Source of the DNA: an uncultured Gemmatimonadales bacterium
GTDB taxonomy: Bacteria > Gemmatimonadota > Gemmatimonadetes > Longimicrobiales > RSA9
Direction of reading: 5' to 3'
Assembly: GCA_963798845.1 (NCBI GenBank)
Contig: CAWCUS010000001.1
Span: 448,001 to 512,000, forward strand
Length of the DNA stretch: 64,000 nucleotides
Shown: positions 53,139 through 63,000 of the stretch, piece by piece
Layout of the letters: each line of letters opens with the position of its first letter
Position numbering within the stretch: the stretch's first letter is position 1
The notes under the pieces: model-generated
Seen by the model: the letters and a program-made list of their open reading frames with translations, nothing else
The model's database searches: none
What the model was told of the DNA's origin: nothing
Program-made: the position numbers and the translations under genes

Positions 53139-53261
53139 CGCGGATTTCAGGTGGATTAACCTACCGGTGGCCTCTATCTTGATGCGCCCTGAAGGGCGCC
53201 GGGCGTCGCAGCGCGGCCACCCGGGACCTGACACGAGCACAGAGCGCATCGACTCGACGCC

Positions 53262-56006
53262 GTGAGCAACGAAAAGAAGAGCCTCGCTTTCGATTCATAC
53301 AACGCGGGGTACGCGCAGGCGCTGTACGAGGACTACGTGCGGGACCCCTCGTCCGTCGACCCGCGCTGGGACGCGGTGTTCGGCATGGACCCCGCCGGAA
53401 CCGGCCTGATCCCCGTGGCCAACGGCAGTGGCGTCCCCTCGCGGGCCCAGCTGCGCGCGGCCATGGCGGCCGCCGGCCTGGTGGACGCCTACCGGCTCCA
53501 CGGCCACAAGGCGGCGCGCCTCGATCCGCTGGGCGGCGCGCCGCCCGGTCACCCGATGCTGTCCCCCGAGTTTCACGGCATCCTCGCCGCGGACCTGGAC
53601 GGGATCCCTGCTTCGCTCCTGGGGCTGGGCGACCCGGGCGTCAGCATGCAGACCGTGCTCGGCTGGCTGCGGAGGACGTACACGGCCACCATCGGGTACG
53701 AGTACGAGCACCTGGAGGACCCGACGCGCCGGGAGTGGCTGCGTCGCCGGATCGAGTCCGGTGAGCACCGGGAGCCGCTGGACCGGGAGGCGCGGCTCCG
53801 GCTCCTGCGTCGCCTGACCGAAGTGGAGTCGCTGGAGCAGTTCCTCCACCGGGCCTACCTGGGGCACAAGCGGTTCAGCGTGGAGGGGAACGACATGCTC
53901 ATCCCCATGCTCGACCACGCGATCGAGCAGGCCGCGCAGACCGGCGCCCGTGAAGTCGTGCTCGGGATGGCGCACCGGGGGCGGCTGAACGTGCTCGCCC
54001 ACGTCGTCGGCCGGCCGTACGAAAAGATCCTGGCCGAGTTCGAAGGTCAGCAGCTCGGGAGTGGCACGGGGGACGTGAAGTACCACGTGGGCGCGGACGG
54101 GACGTATCGCACCGCTGACGGGCAGGAGCTGCCCGTCACCATGGCCCCGAACCCCAGTCACCTGGAGTTCGTGAACCCCGTGGTCGAGGGCATGGCCCGG
54201 GCGAAGCAGACGGACCGGGCGGGGACGCGCATCGCGCAGGATGTGTCGTGCGTCCTCCCCGTCCTCATGCACGGCGACGCCGCGTTCGCCGGGCAGGGGA
54301 TCGTCGCCGAGACGCTCAACCTGGCCCGGCTCGCCGGCTACGAGACCGGCGGGACGCTGCACATCATCGTCAACAACCAGATCGGCTTCACCACGGAGCC
54401 GAAGGAGGACCGCTCCACCAGCTACGCCAGCGACCTGGCCCGCGGCTTCGACATCCCCGTCTTCCACGTGAACGCCGACGACCCGGAGGCGTGCCTGGCC
54501 GTGGTTCGCCTGGCCATGGAATACCGCACGGCCTTTCAGGCCGACGTGCTCATCGACCTGGTCGGATACCGGCGCTACGGCCACAACGAAGGCGATGAGC
54601 CGGCGTACACGCAGCCGCTCATGTACGCGAAAGTCGCGGAGCACCCGACCGTGCTGAAGCAGTGGGGTGACCTGCTGGTGGCGAACGGGACCCTCGAGGC
54701 CGAGGAGCGCCGCAGCATCTGGGACGACGCGTACGAGAAGCTCGCGGGCATCCAGGCGGAGGTGAAGGAGCGGGCGGCGAAGGAGCAGGGGGAGTCTGCC
54801 ACGCCGCCCGTGGAGCCGGCCACGCTGGAGGCTCCAGTGGACACGGCAGTGGAGCGGGAGCGGCTCGTCGCCTACGACCGCCAGCTGCACAGCTGGCCGG
54901 GGGACTTCCACCCAAACCCCAAGCTCGAGCGCCAGCTGAAGCGGCGCGCCCGGACGGTGCCGGACAACAATGGCATCGACTGGGCCCACGCCGAGTCCCT
55001 CGCCTTCGCATCCCTCCTCGCAGAGGGGACGCCGATCCGGCTCTCCGGCCAGGACTCCGTGCGCGGGACCTTCAGCCAGCGACACCTGACGCTGCGCGAC
55101 GTGGAGAACGGCGGCGGCTACACCCCGCTGGCGGCGCTGGAGGAATCGAAGGCGCCCTTCGAGGTCTACAACAGCCCGCTCTCGGAGGCCGGCGTCCTGG
55201 GATTCGAGTACGGCTACAGCACCGCCACGCCCGCGTCCCTCATCCTGTGGGAAGCCCAGTTCGGGGACTTCGTCAACAGCGCGCAGGTGATCATCGACCA
55301 GTTCATCGTGGCGGGGCGCGCGAAGTGGGGACAGGAGAGCCGGCTCGTCCTGCTCCTGCCCCACGGCTACGAGGGGCAGGGCCCCGAGCATTCCAGCGCC
55401 CGGCTGGAGCGCTTCCTCCAGCTCGCGGCCGAAGACAACATCCGAGTGGCCAACTGCAGCACGCCGGCCCAGTACTTCCACCTCCTGCGTCGCCAGGCTC
55501 GACTCGAGGAGCTCCGGCCACTGGTGGCCCTCACGCCCAAGAGCCTCCTCCGCCACCCGAAAGCCGTTTCCACGGTGGACGAGCTGACCCAGGGGCGCTT
55601 CCACATGGTCCTCGACGACGCCGACGCGCGCGAGCGGGCCGACGGCGTCCGCCGCATCGCCATCTGCACGGGGAAGGTCTTCTACGATCTGGTGGGGAGC
55701 GACGAGCGGAAGAGCGCCGGCGCCGTGGCGGTGCTCCGGGTGGAGCAGCTGTATCCGTTCCCCGTGGAAGAGCTGGCCGAGATCCTGGCCGGCTATCCGC
55801 AGGCGGAGGAGCTGGTCTGGGTGCAGGAAGAGCCCGCCAACATGGGCGCGTGGAGCTACATCCGGCCCCGGCTCGAGCGCCTCGCGGGCGATGGTCTCCA
55901 CGTCAGCTACGCCGGCCGCCCCGAGCGCGCCAGCCCCGCCGAGGGCTACAAGAAAGCCCACGACGACCAGCAGGCGCGCATCGTCCGGGAAGCGTTCGGC
56001 CGCTGA
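53262..56006 (+). CDS. sucA: 2-oxoglutarate dehydrogenase E1 component
   Basis: GMAHRGRLN, NPSHLE, HGDAAF, GHNEGDEP, WEAQFGDF, LPHGYEGQGPEHSS. Confidence 0.97.
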   Translation: MSNEKKSLAFDSYNAGYAQALYEDYVRDPSSVDPRWDAVFGMDPAGTGLIPVANGSGVPSRAQLRAAMAAAGLVDAYRLHGHKAARLDPLGGAPPGHPMLSPEFHGILAADLDGIPASLLGLGDPGVSMQTVLGWLRRTYTATIGYEYEHLEDPTRREWLRRRIESGEHREPLDREARLRLLRRLTEVESLEQFLHRAYLGHKRFSVEGNDMLIPMLDHAIEQAAQTGAREVVLGMAHRGRLNVLAHVVGRPYEKILAEFEGQQLGSGTGDVKYHVGADGTYRTADGQELPVTMAPNPSHLEFVNPVVEGMARAKQTDRAGTRIAQDVSCVLPVLMHGDAAFAGQGIVAETLNLARLAGYETGGTLHIIVNNQIGFTTEPKEDRSTSYASDLARGFDIPVFHVNADDPEACLAVVRLAMEYRTAFQADVLIDLVGYRRYGHNEGDEPAYTQPLMYAKVAEHPTVLKQWGDLLVANGTLEAEERRSIWDDAYEKLAGIQAEVKERAAKEQGESATPPVEPATLEAPVDTAVERERLVAYDRQLHSWPGDFHPNPKLERQLKRRARTVPDNNGIDWAHAESLAFASLLAEGTPIRLSGQDSVRGTFSQRHLTLRDVENGGGYTPLAALEESKAPFEVYNSPLSEAGVLGFEYGYSTATPASLILWEAQFGDFVNSAQVIIDQFIVAGRAKWGQESRLVLLLPHGYEGQGPEHSSARLERFLQLAAEDNIRVANCSTPAQYFHLLRRQARLEELRPLVALTPKSLLRHPKAVSTVDELTQGRFHMVLDDADARERADGVRRIAICTGKVFYDLVGSDERKSAGAVAVLRVEQLYPFPVEELAEILAGYPQAEELVWVQEEPANMGAWSYIRPRLERLAGDGLHVSYAGRPERASPAEGYKKAHDDQQARIVREAFGR

Positions 56007-56213
56007 CCCCTTCAGCGTGCAGCCTTCCCGGTCGCGCTGCTTCCCGCCCCCCCACACGGGACCCAGTGGGTTCCAGCCACCGGCCGAGCGGTCGGGAGCA
56101 GAAGGTCGGATGCGGGGGAGAACCCGCGGCGTACAGTCGGGTATCACGACCCTGTTGCCCGGCTGGATGGCGGGTTGAATGTTGACAGGACAAGCACCCG
56201 TGCCCGGAGAGCG

Positions 56214-56783
56214 ATGGAGCATCTCGTCGTCGTCCCGCACCCCACACCGATCGAGCTGGAGGCCCGCTCGATCCGCCACAATGCCGTTCCGGAAGGGGCG
56301 GTGGGGCTCGGCTATTACTACGGCGGGCGGCTGATCGCGCGGAGCGTGGTGGCAGCGGCGGCGCTGGAGACGATCCAGGCGCTGCTGTCGTCGCCGGTGT
56401 CGGTGGCGCTGGCGGCGCGTGAGGACCAGGAAGGCAACATCGACGGCCGGATCTGCCTGGTGCTGCCGGTGGAGCCCGACGGAGACGGGATGCCGGGCTC
56501 GGAGGACGAGGAGGAAGCGTCGGAGCCGTGGCGGGCCAGCGTCCCCCGCCCCCCGTCCGAGGTGGAGAGCGGGTACGCGTCCGGTGCGGACGACGAGGAA
56601 GACGACGACGACGAGCCGCAGTACGCGCTGCTGCCGATCGGGAACGTCGTCCGCCCGGCCTCGGACCGGCACCACCCGGGCCAGGTGGCGGGCGACGTGA
56701 AGGAGATGCTGGAGAACCTGCTGTCGGGCGGGGCGCAGGACGCCGTGCAAAAGGCGATCGACGACCTTTTGCGGAGCATCTAG
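56214..56783 (+). CDS. acidic hypothetical protein
   Basis: GGAG RBS, coding-like codon use, acidic tracts; no recognised family. Confidence 0.75.
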   Translation: MEHLVVVPHPTPIELEARSIRHNAVPEGAVGLGYYYGGRLIARSVVAAAALETIQALLSSPVSVALAAREDQEGNIDGRICLVLPVEPDGDGMPGSEDEEEASEPWRASVPRPPSEVESGYASGADDEEDDDDEPQYALLPIGNVVRPASDRHHPGQVAGDVKEMLENLLSGGAQDAVQKAIDDLLRSI

Positions 56784-56827
56784 GGGCGCGGCCCGGGGCG
56801 CGCCCGGGCGCCGAACCCGGAAGCCGC

Positions 56828-58111
56828 CTACATGGCTTCCAGGGCCTGCGTGAGATCGGCGATCAGGTCCTCGGGGTGCTCGACTCCCACCGAGATCCGG
56901 ATCATCGCGGGCGTGATCCCGATGGCGGCCTGGTGGTCCGGCTTCACGTCGGCGTGGGTCATCGTGCCGGGGTGTTCCATGAGCGTCTCCGTCCCGCCCA
57001 GGCTGACGGCGAGCCTGGCGAGCTTCAAGGCGTCCAGAACGCGGAACGCCTCGGCCTCGCCGCCATCCACTTCGAACGAGAACGTGCTTCCCGGGGCAAT
57101 GCACTGGCGCTGGTAGATCCGACGCTGCGGGTCGTCCTCATCGAGGAAGCCCAGGTAGTGGACGCGCCGCACCTTCGGGTGGTCGGCCAGGAACTCGGCC
57201 ACGTAGCGGGCGTTCTTCATCTGGCTGGTCATGCGCAGCTTGAGCGTCTCGAGCGAGCGCATGAGCAGCCATCCCGTCCAGGGGTCGGCCATGGTGCCGA
57301 GCATCGTGCGCATGCCGGCCACCTGCTTCACCCGCCCCTCGTCGCCGAGCACCGCGCCGGCGATGAGGTCGCTGTGCCCGCCCACGTACTTCGTCAGGGA
57401 GTAGATGACCAGGTCGGCGCCGTGCTCCAGCGGACGCTGCCAGAGCGGTCCCAGGAACGTGTTGTCCACGGCGACGACGGGCCGGCGTCCCTCGTCGTCC
57501 GCGACCGACGCCGACAGCTCCGCGCAGCGCTCGATGTCCACCAGGGCGTTCGTGGGGTTGGCCGGCGTCTCCACGAAGATCACGGCGATCCTGCCGGCCT
57601 CGTTCGCGTCAGCGACTGCCGCTTCCAGCGCTCCGTCCTCGCCCGCCGGGAACCCGAAGCGCTGGATACCGAACTGCGGCAGGATGTTGAGGAGGAGGAA
57701 CTCCGTGCCACCGTAGACGGGCTCGCTGTGCACGATGCAATCGCCCGGGCGCAGGAACGTGAAGAAGGTGGTGGCCAGGGCGGCCATCCCGCTGGAGAAG
57801 ACGAGGGCGCCCTCGGCGCCATCCCAGAGGGCCAGCCGGTCCTCCAGGATCTCCAGATCCGGGTTGTTCAGGCGCGAATAGATCAGCCCCGGCTGCTCCG
57901 CCGGGTGCGGCTCGCGGAGGCCGTAGGCGAGCTCGAAGAAGGCCTTCCCCTCCTCCGCGCTCTTGAACACGAACGTCGAGGTCTGGAAGATCGGGCACTT
58001 CACCGAGCCCTCGGAGAGGTGGGGGTTGTAGCCGTACCCCATCATCAGGGTCTCCGGGTGCAGGTCGTGGTCCCCGATCCTGCGGTGCTTGATATCGTTC
58101 GATTCGCTCAT
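56828..58111 (-). CDS. cystathionine gamma-synthase / methionine gamma-lyase family PLP enzyme
   Basis: YSRLNNP, ETPANP, DNTF, SLTKYVGGHSD, VSLGG. Confidence 0.93.
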   Translation of the reverse strand: MSESNDIKHRRIGDHDLHPETLMMGYGYNPHLSEGSVKCPIFQTSTFVFKSAEEGKAFFELAYGLREPHPAEQPGLIYSRLNNPDLEILEDRLALWDGAEGALVFSSGMAALATTFFTFLRPGDCIVHSEPVYGGTEFLLLNILPQFGIQRFGFPAGEDGALEAAVADANEAGRIAVIFVETPANPTNALVDIERCAELSASVADDEGRRPVVAVDNTFLGPLWQRPLEHGADLVIYSLTKYVGGHSDLIAGAVLGDEGRVKQVAGMRTMLGTMADPWTGWLLMRSLETLKLRMTSQMKNARYVAEFLADHPKVRRVHYLGFLDEDDPQRRIYQRQCIAPGSTFSFEVDGGEAEAFRVLDALKLARLAVSLGGTETLMEHPGTMTHADVKPDHQAAIGITPAMIRISVGVEHPEDLIADLTQALEAM

Positions 58112-58207
58112 GGTCGGCTCCGGTGGCATTGCTAAGGCTTCGCCCGGTAGCCTAGCACGTTCCCGGCGAGCTTGCGAGCCGCGCGGCCGGTCCTCAGCTT
58201 CGGCCGC

Positions 58208-59143
58208 GTGAGCGAAACGAGAGAGGACGAACGGTTCCGCGCCATCCACCGGCGCATCCACGCCGAGCACCCGGACTGCCGCGAGGACGAGTGGCTGTCG
58301 AGCCCGTGTCGCCTCGCGGACGGACGACCGGCGGAGCGGCCGATCGCGTGGTCCCGGCGGAACGGGCGATGGCGCAGGGTCGACGTGCTCTGGGTCGGGG
58401 CGGCGCCGGGCAACGCGGGGGGTCGCGGGAGCGGGAGCATGGGCGCACACGCCACTCGCATCCCGTTCGGCGGAGACATCGCGGGCGGCAACCTGGACGT
58501 CCTCCTCTCGGCCGCGGGTCTGGACCGGAACCGGACGTTCATCGTGGCCGCGCTGAACCAGCTGCCGGAACGAGGCGGCGGCGAGCCGCGCGTCGCGGAG
58601 CTTCGCGCGCCGGCAGGCGATTATGCCTCCAGCCTCCACGTGCTGCGGGACACTCTGATAGCGGCGGGGCCGCGCCTGGTGGTGGCGCTCGGCAACGTCG
58701 CGGTCCGCAGCACCGTGGCGGCCGCGCGGCTGGAGGACGGAGCCCGCCTCACCCTCCCGACGCTGCCGAAGCTGGAGCGCGCGGGCCTGACGCGCGGGAC
58801 GGCGCGATCGTGGCCACGCACGCTGGCGCCGGATGCCGCTTTCGACGCGGCGTGGCGAGAGGCCTGGGACGAGCGGTCGTACCCGCGTCTGCTGTGGCTC
58901 CTGCACCCGAGTGCTCAGAACATGAGCCCGTACGCCGGGGAGGAAACGGTCTTCCACCGCCGGATGGTGGAGACCGTGGCCCAGCTCAGGACGGCGATCC
59001 GGGACGTGCTGGGGGAGATCCCGCCCGACCCGCGTCCCGGCCCACCGGAGGGCGGCGGGATCTACGCGCTCCCGGAATGGCGGGAAGCTGTGGGTCCCCG
59101 GCATGCCGAGCTGGAGAGGCTCTGGCGCGACAAGGGGGTGTGA
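58208..59143 (+). CDS. uracil-DNA glycosylase superfamily protein, atypical
   Basis: Motif A VLWVGAAPG, IPF, VVALGN, motif B LHPS. Confidence 0.75.
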   Translation: MSETREDERFRAIHRRIHAEHPDCREDEWLSSPCRLADGRPAERPIAWSRRNGRWRRVDVLWVGAAPGNAGGRGSGSMGAHATRIPFGGDIAGGNLDVLLSAAGLDRNRTFIVAALNQLPERGGGEPRVAELRAPAGDYASSLHVLRDTLIAAGPRLVVALGNVAVRSTVAAARLEDGARLTLPTLPKLERAGLTRGTARSWPRTLAPDAAFDAAWREAWDERSYPRLLWLLHPSAQNMSPYAGEETVFHRRMVETVAQLRTAIRDVLGEIPPDPRPGPPEGGGIYALPEWREAVGPRHAELERLWRDKGV

Positions 59144-59229
59144 CCCGGTCGGGTCGCGCATCTGGAACCGGTTTTGACCCGCTTGTCAAGCGGTTGATAG
59201 GTGCCGCGCGAGCGTTTACCGTTCAGGCC

Positions 59230-59529
59230 ATGATCTATCCCAGGCGACAGACGCTTCTCCGGCACCGGATCCCAATGGTCCGCGTCCGTCTCGCCACCGA
59301 CGACGGCGAGACGACGCTGCGGGTGCGCTGGCGCGACCGCCCCATCGATCTCCAGCGCCGGATCCTGTACCTGTTGCGGGAGGGAAAGCCGATCTGGCTC
59401 GAGGACGAGTGGGGTCACGGCGTCTGCTTCAAGCCCGAGTGCGTGTGGGGAGCGGCCGTGGACGGCCGTCCCGAGACACCGGTGGACCTCAGCCGCCGGG
59501 TGCCTCCGGCGCGCGCTCGGGCACGCTGA
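59230..59529 (+). CDS. small hypothetical protein
   Basis: MIYPRRQ...VRWRDRPIDLQR...IWLEDEWG; overlaps the 3' end of the opposite gene. Confidence 0.6.
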   Translation: MIYPRRQTLLRHRIPMVRVRLATDDGETTLRVRWRDRPIDLQRRILYLLREGKPIWLEDEWGHGVCFKPECVWGAAVDGRPETPVDLSRRVPPARARAR

Positions 59530-60172
59530 AGACCACCGGGATCCGAACGATCACACGCACCGCCTGATCGCGGTTCCGGGCCGGCCGGAAGCGCATGTGC
59601 TCGGCGACCTGGAGCGCCAGCGAATCGAGAGCCGGGTGTCCGCAGGAAGACGACAGGACCCCGCGCACCACCCTCCCCTGCTCGTCCAGCCACAGCCGCA
59701 GCACCGACTCGCCCGCAACGCCCCGCGCCGCCAGTCCGGGCGGATAGCGCGACTTGATCAGCGCCTTGACCTCGGCCGTGTTCATCAGCGCGGGGAGCGT
59801 GTACTCCACCTGGAACGGCTGGAAGTCCGCCAATGGAGCCGGCGCGGGTCCGGGTACGGCATCCAGGGTGATGTCGAGCCGAAGCACCCGCCCACCCGGA
59901 ACGATCACGTCCACGTCCACCGAGTCGTGCCCCGGGTGGGCCACGCGCAGCCGCCAGCGCCCTGGCTCCAGCCCGTCGAGCCGGTAGCTGCCGTCGGCGT
60001 CCGTCCAGTCGGACACCGAATCGTCCAGCACGCGGACGTGCGCGTACGCGATCGGGCGGCCGTCATCCGAGCTCCGTACCACTCCCGTCACCGCAGCCAC
60101 GGTGCCCTGCCCGGCCGCGGGCGTCGCCCACGCCACCGAGAGGAGCGCCGCGAGCAGGGGGATCACGGCCAC
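59489..60172 (-). CDS. exported protein with carboxypeptidase-regulatory-like domain and TonB C-terminal domain
   Basis: Signal peptide; GRPIAYA...TDADGSYRLDGL; YPP...GES...HPALDSLA...RPA...IPVVF. Confidence 0.85.
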   Translation of the reverse strand: MAVIPLLAALLSVAWATPAAGQGTVAAVTGVVRSSDDGRPIAYAHVRVLDDSVSDWTDADGSYRLDGLEPGRWRLRVAHPGHDSVDVDVIVPGGRVLRLDITLDAVPGPAPAPLADFQPFQVEYTLPALMNTAEVKALIKSRYPPGLAARGVAGESVLRLWLDEQGRVVRGVLSSSCGHPALDSLALQVAEHMRFRPARNRDQAVRVIVRIPVVFSVPERAPEAPGG

Positions 60173-60912
60173 ACGAGGTCTCCGCCGCGCTCCTGCGCCG
60201 GGACCCTCGCCTCCATCCGCCCGTGCACCACGTCCGCGTACAGCCGGCCGTTCACCAGGAGACGGGCCGTGGTCAGTGTTTCCGGAAGCTCGACGATCAG
60301 CTCGCCACCGGATGCGCCTCTGAGCGCAATGCGGCCCCGGCCGCTCTCGAACGCGGGATCCACCGCCGAGCCCGCGGCCGAAACCGTCGCCTGCTCCGCC
60401 CCCGACCGGCGCAGCCGGATTGTGACGTCGCTCACGTCCTCGAGCACGATGTCGAGCGTGTCGCCGGAGGGCACCACGGCGAGCCCCACCGGCATGGCCA
60501 CCGGCGGCGCGGGCTCCTCGTCCGGCGCGTCCACCGGGGCGGCCGCGGGCTCCGGATCATCGCGCGCCACGATCCGCTCCACCCAGACCCGCACGGGCGA
60601 CCCCGGCACTCCTGCGGAGGCCGCGGCGGCCACCACCAGGATCAGCCCCGCGGCCTTCACCAGTGACCCAATGCCGCCTCGGCGGGCGCGACCCTCTCCC
60701 CGGCCGACCGCCGTTGCGGCCGCAGGCGCCGCCTCCCCGTCGAGCAGCGATACCGCGTACGAGAACAGAGCGCCGGCGCGCCGCAGGTCGTCGTGGGCGC
60801 CGCGGCACTGCTCGCACACCAGCATGTGCTCCGCCGCGCTCGCCCGCTCGCCCGCGGGCAGCTCCTCGTCCAGGAACGCCTGGAGCGTCCCCTCATCAAG
60901 ATGTGTCGTCAT
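60163..60912 (-). CDS. zinc-finger (zf-HC2) transmembrane anti-sigma factor
   Basis: HLDEGTLQAFLDEEL...HMLVCEQC; single TM; follows an ECF sigma. Confidence 0.85.
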   Translation of the reverse strand: MTTHLDEGTLQAFLDEELPAGERASAAEHMLVCEQCRGAHDDLRRAGALFSYAVSLLDGEAAPAAATAVGRGEGRARRGGIGSLVKAAGLILVVAAAASAGVPGSPVRVWVERIVARDDPEPAAAPVDAPDEEPAPPVAMPVGLAVVPSGDTLDIVLEDVSDVTIRLRRSGAEQATVSAAGSAVDPAFESGRGRIALRGASGGELIVELPETLTTARLLVNGRLYADVVHGRMEARVPAQERGGDLVWP

Positions 60913-61403
60913 GTACCGCTCACTTGCGCGCGCGTGCCGCCGAACACCTGCTCGAACCGCTTCGCGGCCCTCGCCAGCAGCGTCCCCACCGAGCCCGGCG
61001 CCACGCCGACAGCCCGCGCGATCTCGTCGTATTTGAATCCTTCTTCCCGCATCAGCAGCATGGTCCGGTCCCGCTCCGGCAGTCGCTCGAGGGCCGCCCG
61101 CACCGCCGCGACCCGCTCCCGCCGCTCCACCGCTTCCTCCGGCCCCGGCAGCCGCCCGGGGCGCGGGACGTGGATCTCCAGGCGACGATGGCGCTGCGCC
61201 TTCCTCGCCCGGTCACGCACGAGGTTCGTGGCCACCGTGAACAGCCACGGCCTCACCTCGTCCGTCGGCAGCGACTGATCCGTCAAACGCACGAACGCCT
61301 CCTGTGCCGCATCCTCCGCCGCGTCCGGATCGCCGGTAAGTCGGTTGAGATACCGGATCAGCGACGGATAGAGGTCACGGAAGAGCGCATCAAAGTCCGT
61401 CAT
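60909..61403 (-). CDS. ECF sigma-70 factor
   Basis: AEDAAQEAF, WLFTVATNL, YDEIA...GSVGTLLARA. Confidence 0.93.
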   Translation of the reverse strand: MTDFDALFRDLYPSLIRYLNRLTGDPDAAEDAAQEAFVRLTDQSLPTDEVRPWLFTVATNLVRDRARKAQRHRRLEIHVPRPGRLPGPEEAVERRERVAAVRAALERLPERDRTMLLMREEGFKYDEIARAVGVAPGSVGTLLARAAKRFEQVFGGTRAQVSGT

Positions 61404-61432
61404 CCGCGCCTCCTCCGGCTCTCCGGCAACAG

Positions 61433-61459
61433 AACGCGTGGACCCCGGGGTGTGTGACA
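61433..61459 (-). promoter_or_regulatory. candidate autoregulatory ECF promoter
   Basis: Minus strand TGTCACA-N16-CGTT, 30 nt upstream of the sigma ATG. Confidence 0.55.
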
Positions 61460-61461
61460 CA

Positions 61462-63000
61462 TCAGCGGCCGCCGCGCAGCACACCCCAGAGTCCCCGGAC
61501 GCGCGCGGCGGGCCCGGAGCCGTGGAGAAGGCCGACGAGGGCGACGGCGCGGCGGACCCCGAAGCGGCGGAACGGGAACCCGCCCACGGGCTCGCGGGCG
61601 ACGCCTGCCCGGTCGACGAGGACGGAGCGGGTCTGCGTCATCTCGCGCAGCCCCTCCTCACCGTGGACGCGACCGTAGCCGCTGTCACCCATGCCGCCGA
61701 AGGGAAGTCCGGCTACGGCGCCGTGGTAGAGGACGTCGTTGACGGAGACCATGCCGGCGCGGAGCCGACGGACCATCTTCTCGCCGCGTCGGCGGGTGGT
61801 CCACAGGCTGGCCGCGAGCGCGTAGACGGAGTCGTTGGCAAGGCGGATGGCCTCGTCGGCGTCGGCGACCTTCATGATCGGCATGACCGGGCCGAAGCTC
61901 TCCTCGCGCATGATGGCCATGGAATGGTCCGCGTCGGCCACGACCGTGGGAGCGAAATGGCGGCCTGGCCCCGGGAGCCGGTGGCCGCCGGCGAGGATCC
62001 GGGCTCCCCGCTCGCGCGCGTCGTCGAGCTGGCGCTCGATCCGGGTGATCTGCGCCTCGGTTGTGACAGCGCCGATGTCGGCGTCCGGGTCGGAGTGGTT
62101 TGCCACGGTCAATGACCGGGTCTCGGTCACCACGCGCTCGACGAAGCGATCGTAGATCGGAGCCTCGGCGTAGACGCGCTCAATGGCGATGCAGATCTGG
62201 CCGGCGTTCCAGAACGCCCCCTGCACGCCGAGGTTCACGGCGCGCTCCAGGTCGGCGTCGGCGAGCACGACCATGGCGTTCTTGCCACCGAGCTCGAGCA
62301 CGACGGGGATCAGTCGCGCGGCGGCGGCTTCCGCAACCCTCCTGCCCGTGGGGACGGAGCCGGTGAAGCTGATCTTGTCGACGTCGCCGTTGACCAGGGC
62401 GGCGCCGGTGGAGCCGTCGCCGGTGGCGATGAGGAAGACATCCTGCGGGAAGCCGGCCTCCAGGGCGATCTCGCGCATGAGCACGGCGGAGAGCGGAGAC
62501 ATCTCCGACGGCTTGAGCACCACGGTGTTGCCGGTGACGAGTGCGGCCATCACGGCGCGCATCGGGTTCACCACGGGGAAGTTCCAGGGGGAGATGATGC
62601 CGATCACGCCGAACGGCTCCCGCTCGACCAGCCCCTTCTTGGTCACGATCCAGGAGCGGACACGCTCGGGACTCATGACGTTCTTCACGCGCCTGGCATA
62701 GAAGCGGGCCAGGTCGAGGGTCGGGAGGACGTCCCCTACCAGCCCCTCGTACACCATCTTGCCGGACTCGCGGCTGCTGAGTGCGGCCGCCTCCTGGGCC
62801 CGGTCCGCCAGCTTGCGGCGGAAGCGGTCGAGCAGATCGGCCCTGACGGCCGGCCCACGGGCGGCCCATGCCGGCTGGGCACGGCGGGCGCGGGCGAGCA
62901 GATCGCGAACGGCGGCTTCGTCGAGGTTCGGGACACGCCCGATGACCTCACCATCGGCAGGGGCGATGACCTCGATCTCCGACGCCCGCCCGGTCGTCAT
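61462..63000 (-). CDS. aldehyde dehydrogenase
   Basis: PWNFP, KPSE, FTGS, LELGGK, NAGQIC, EESFGP. Confidence 0.95.
   Translation of the reverse strand: MTTGRASEIEVIAPADGEVIGRVPNLDEAAVRDLLARARRAQPAWAARGPAVRADLLDRFRRKLADRAQEAAALSSRESGKMVYEGLVGDVLPTLDLARFYARRVKNVMSPERVRSWIVTKKGLVEREPFGVIGIISPWNFPVVNPMRAVMAALVTGNTVVLKPSEMSPLSAVLMREIALEAGFPQDVFLIATGDGSTGAALVNGDVDKISFTGSVPTGRRVAEAAAARLIPVVLELGGKNAMVVLADADLERAVNLGVQGAFWNAGQICIAIERVYAEAPIYDRFVERVVTETRSLTVANHSDPDADIGAVTTEAQITRIERQLDDARERGARILAGGHRLPGPGRHFAPTVVADADHSMAIMREESFGPVMPIMKVADADEAIRLANDSVYALAASLWTTRRRGEKMVRRLRAGMVSVNDVLYHGAVAGLPFGGMGDSGYGRVHGEEGLREMTQTRSVLVDRAGVAREPVGGFPFRRFGVRRAVALVGLLHGSGPAARVRGLWGVLRGGR

Noticed and set aside
50889..53249. 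1657-aa MutS with a large N-terminal extension
   Set aside because: The extension is the antisense of the histidine kinase; MutS homology begins at MPKQEDTPLMRQW (50888).
53262..56006. sucA without adjacent sucB as a novel system
   Set aside because: The E1 sequence is ordinary, and dispersed suc genes are not unusual.
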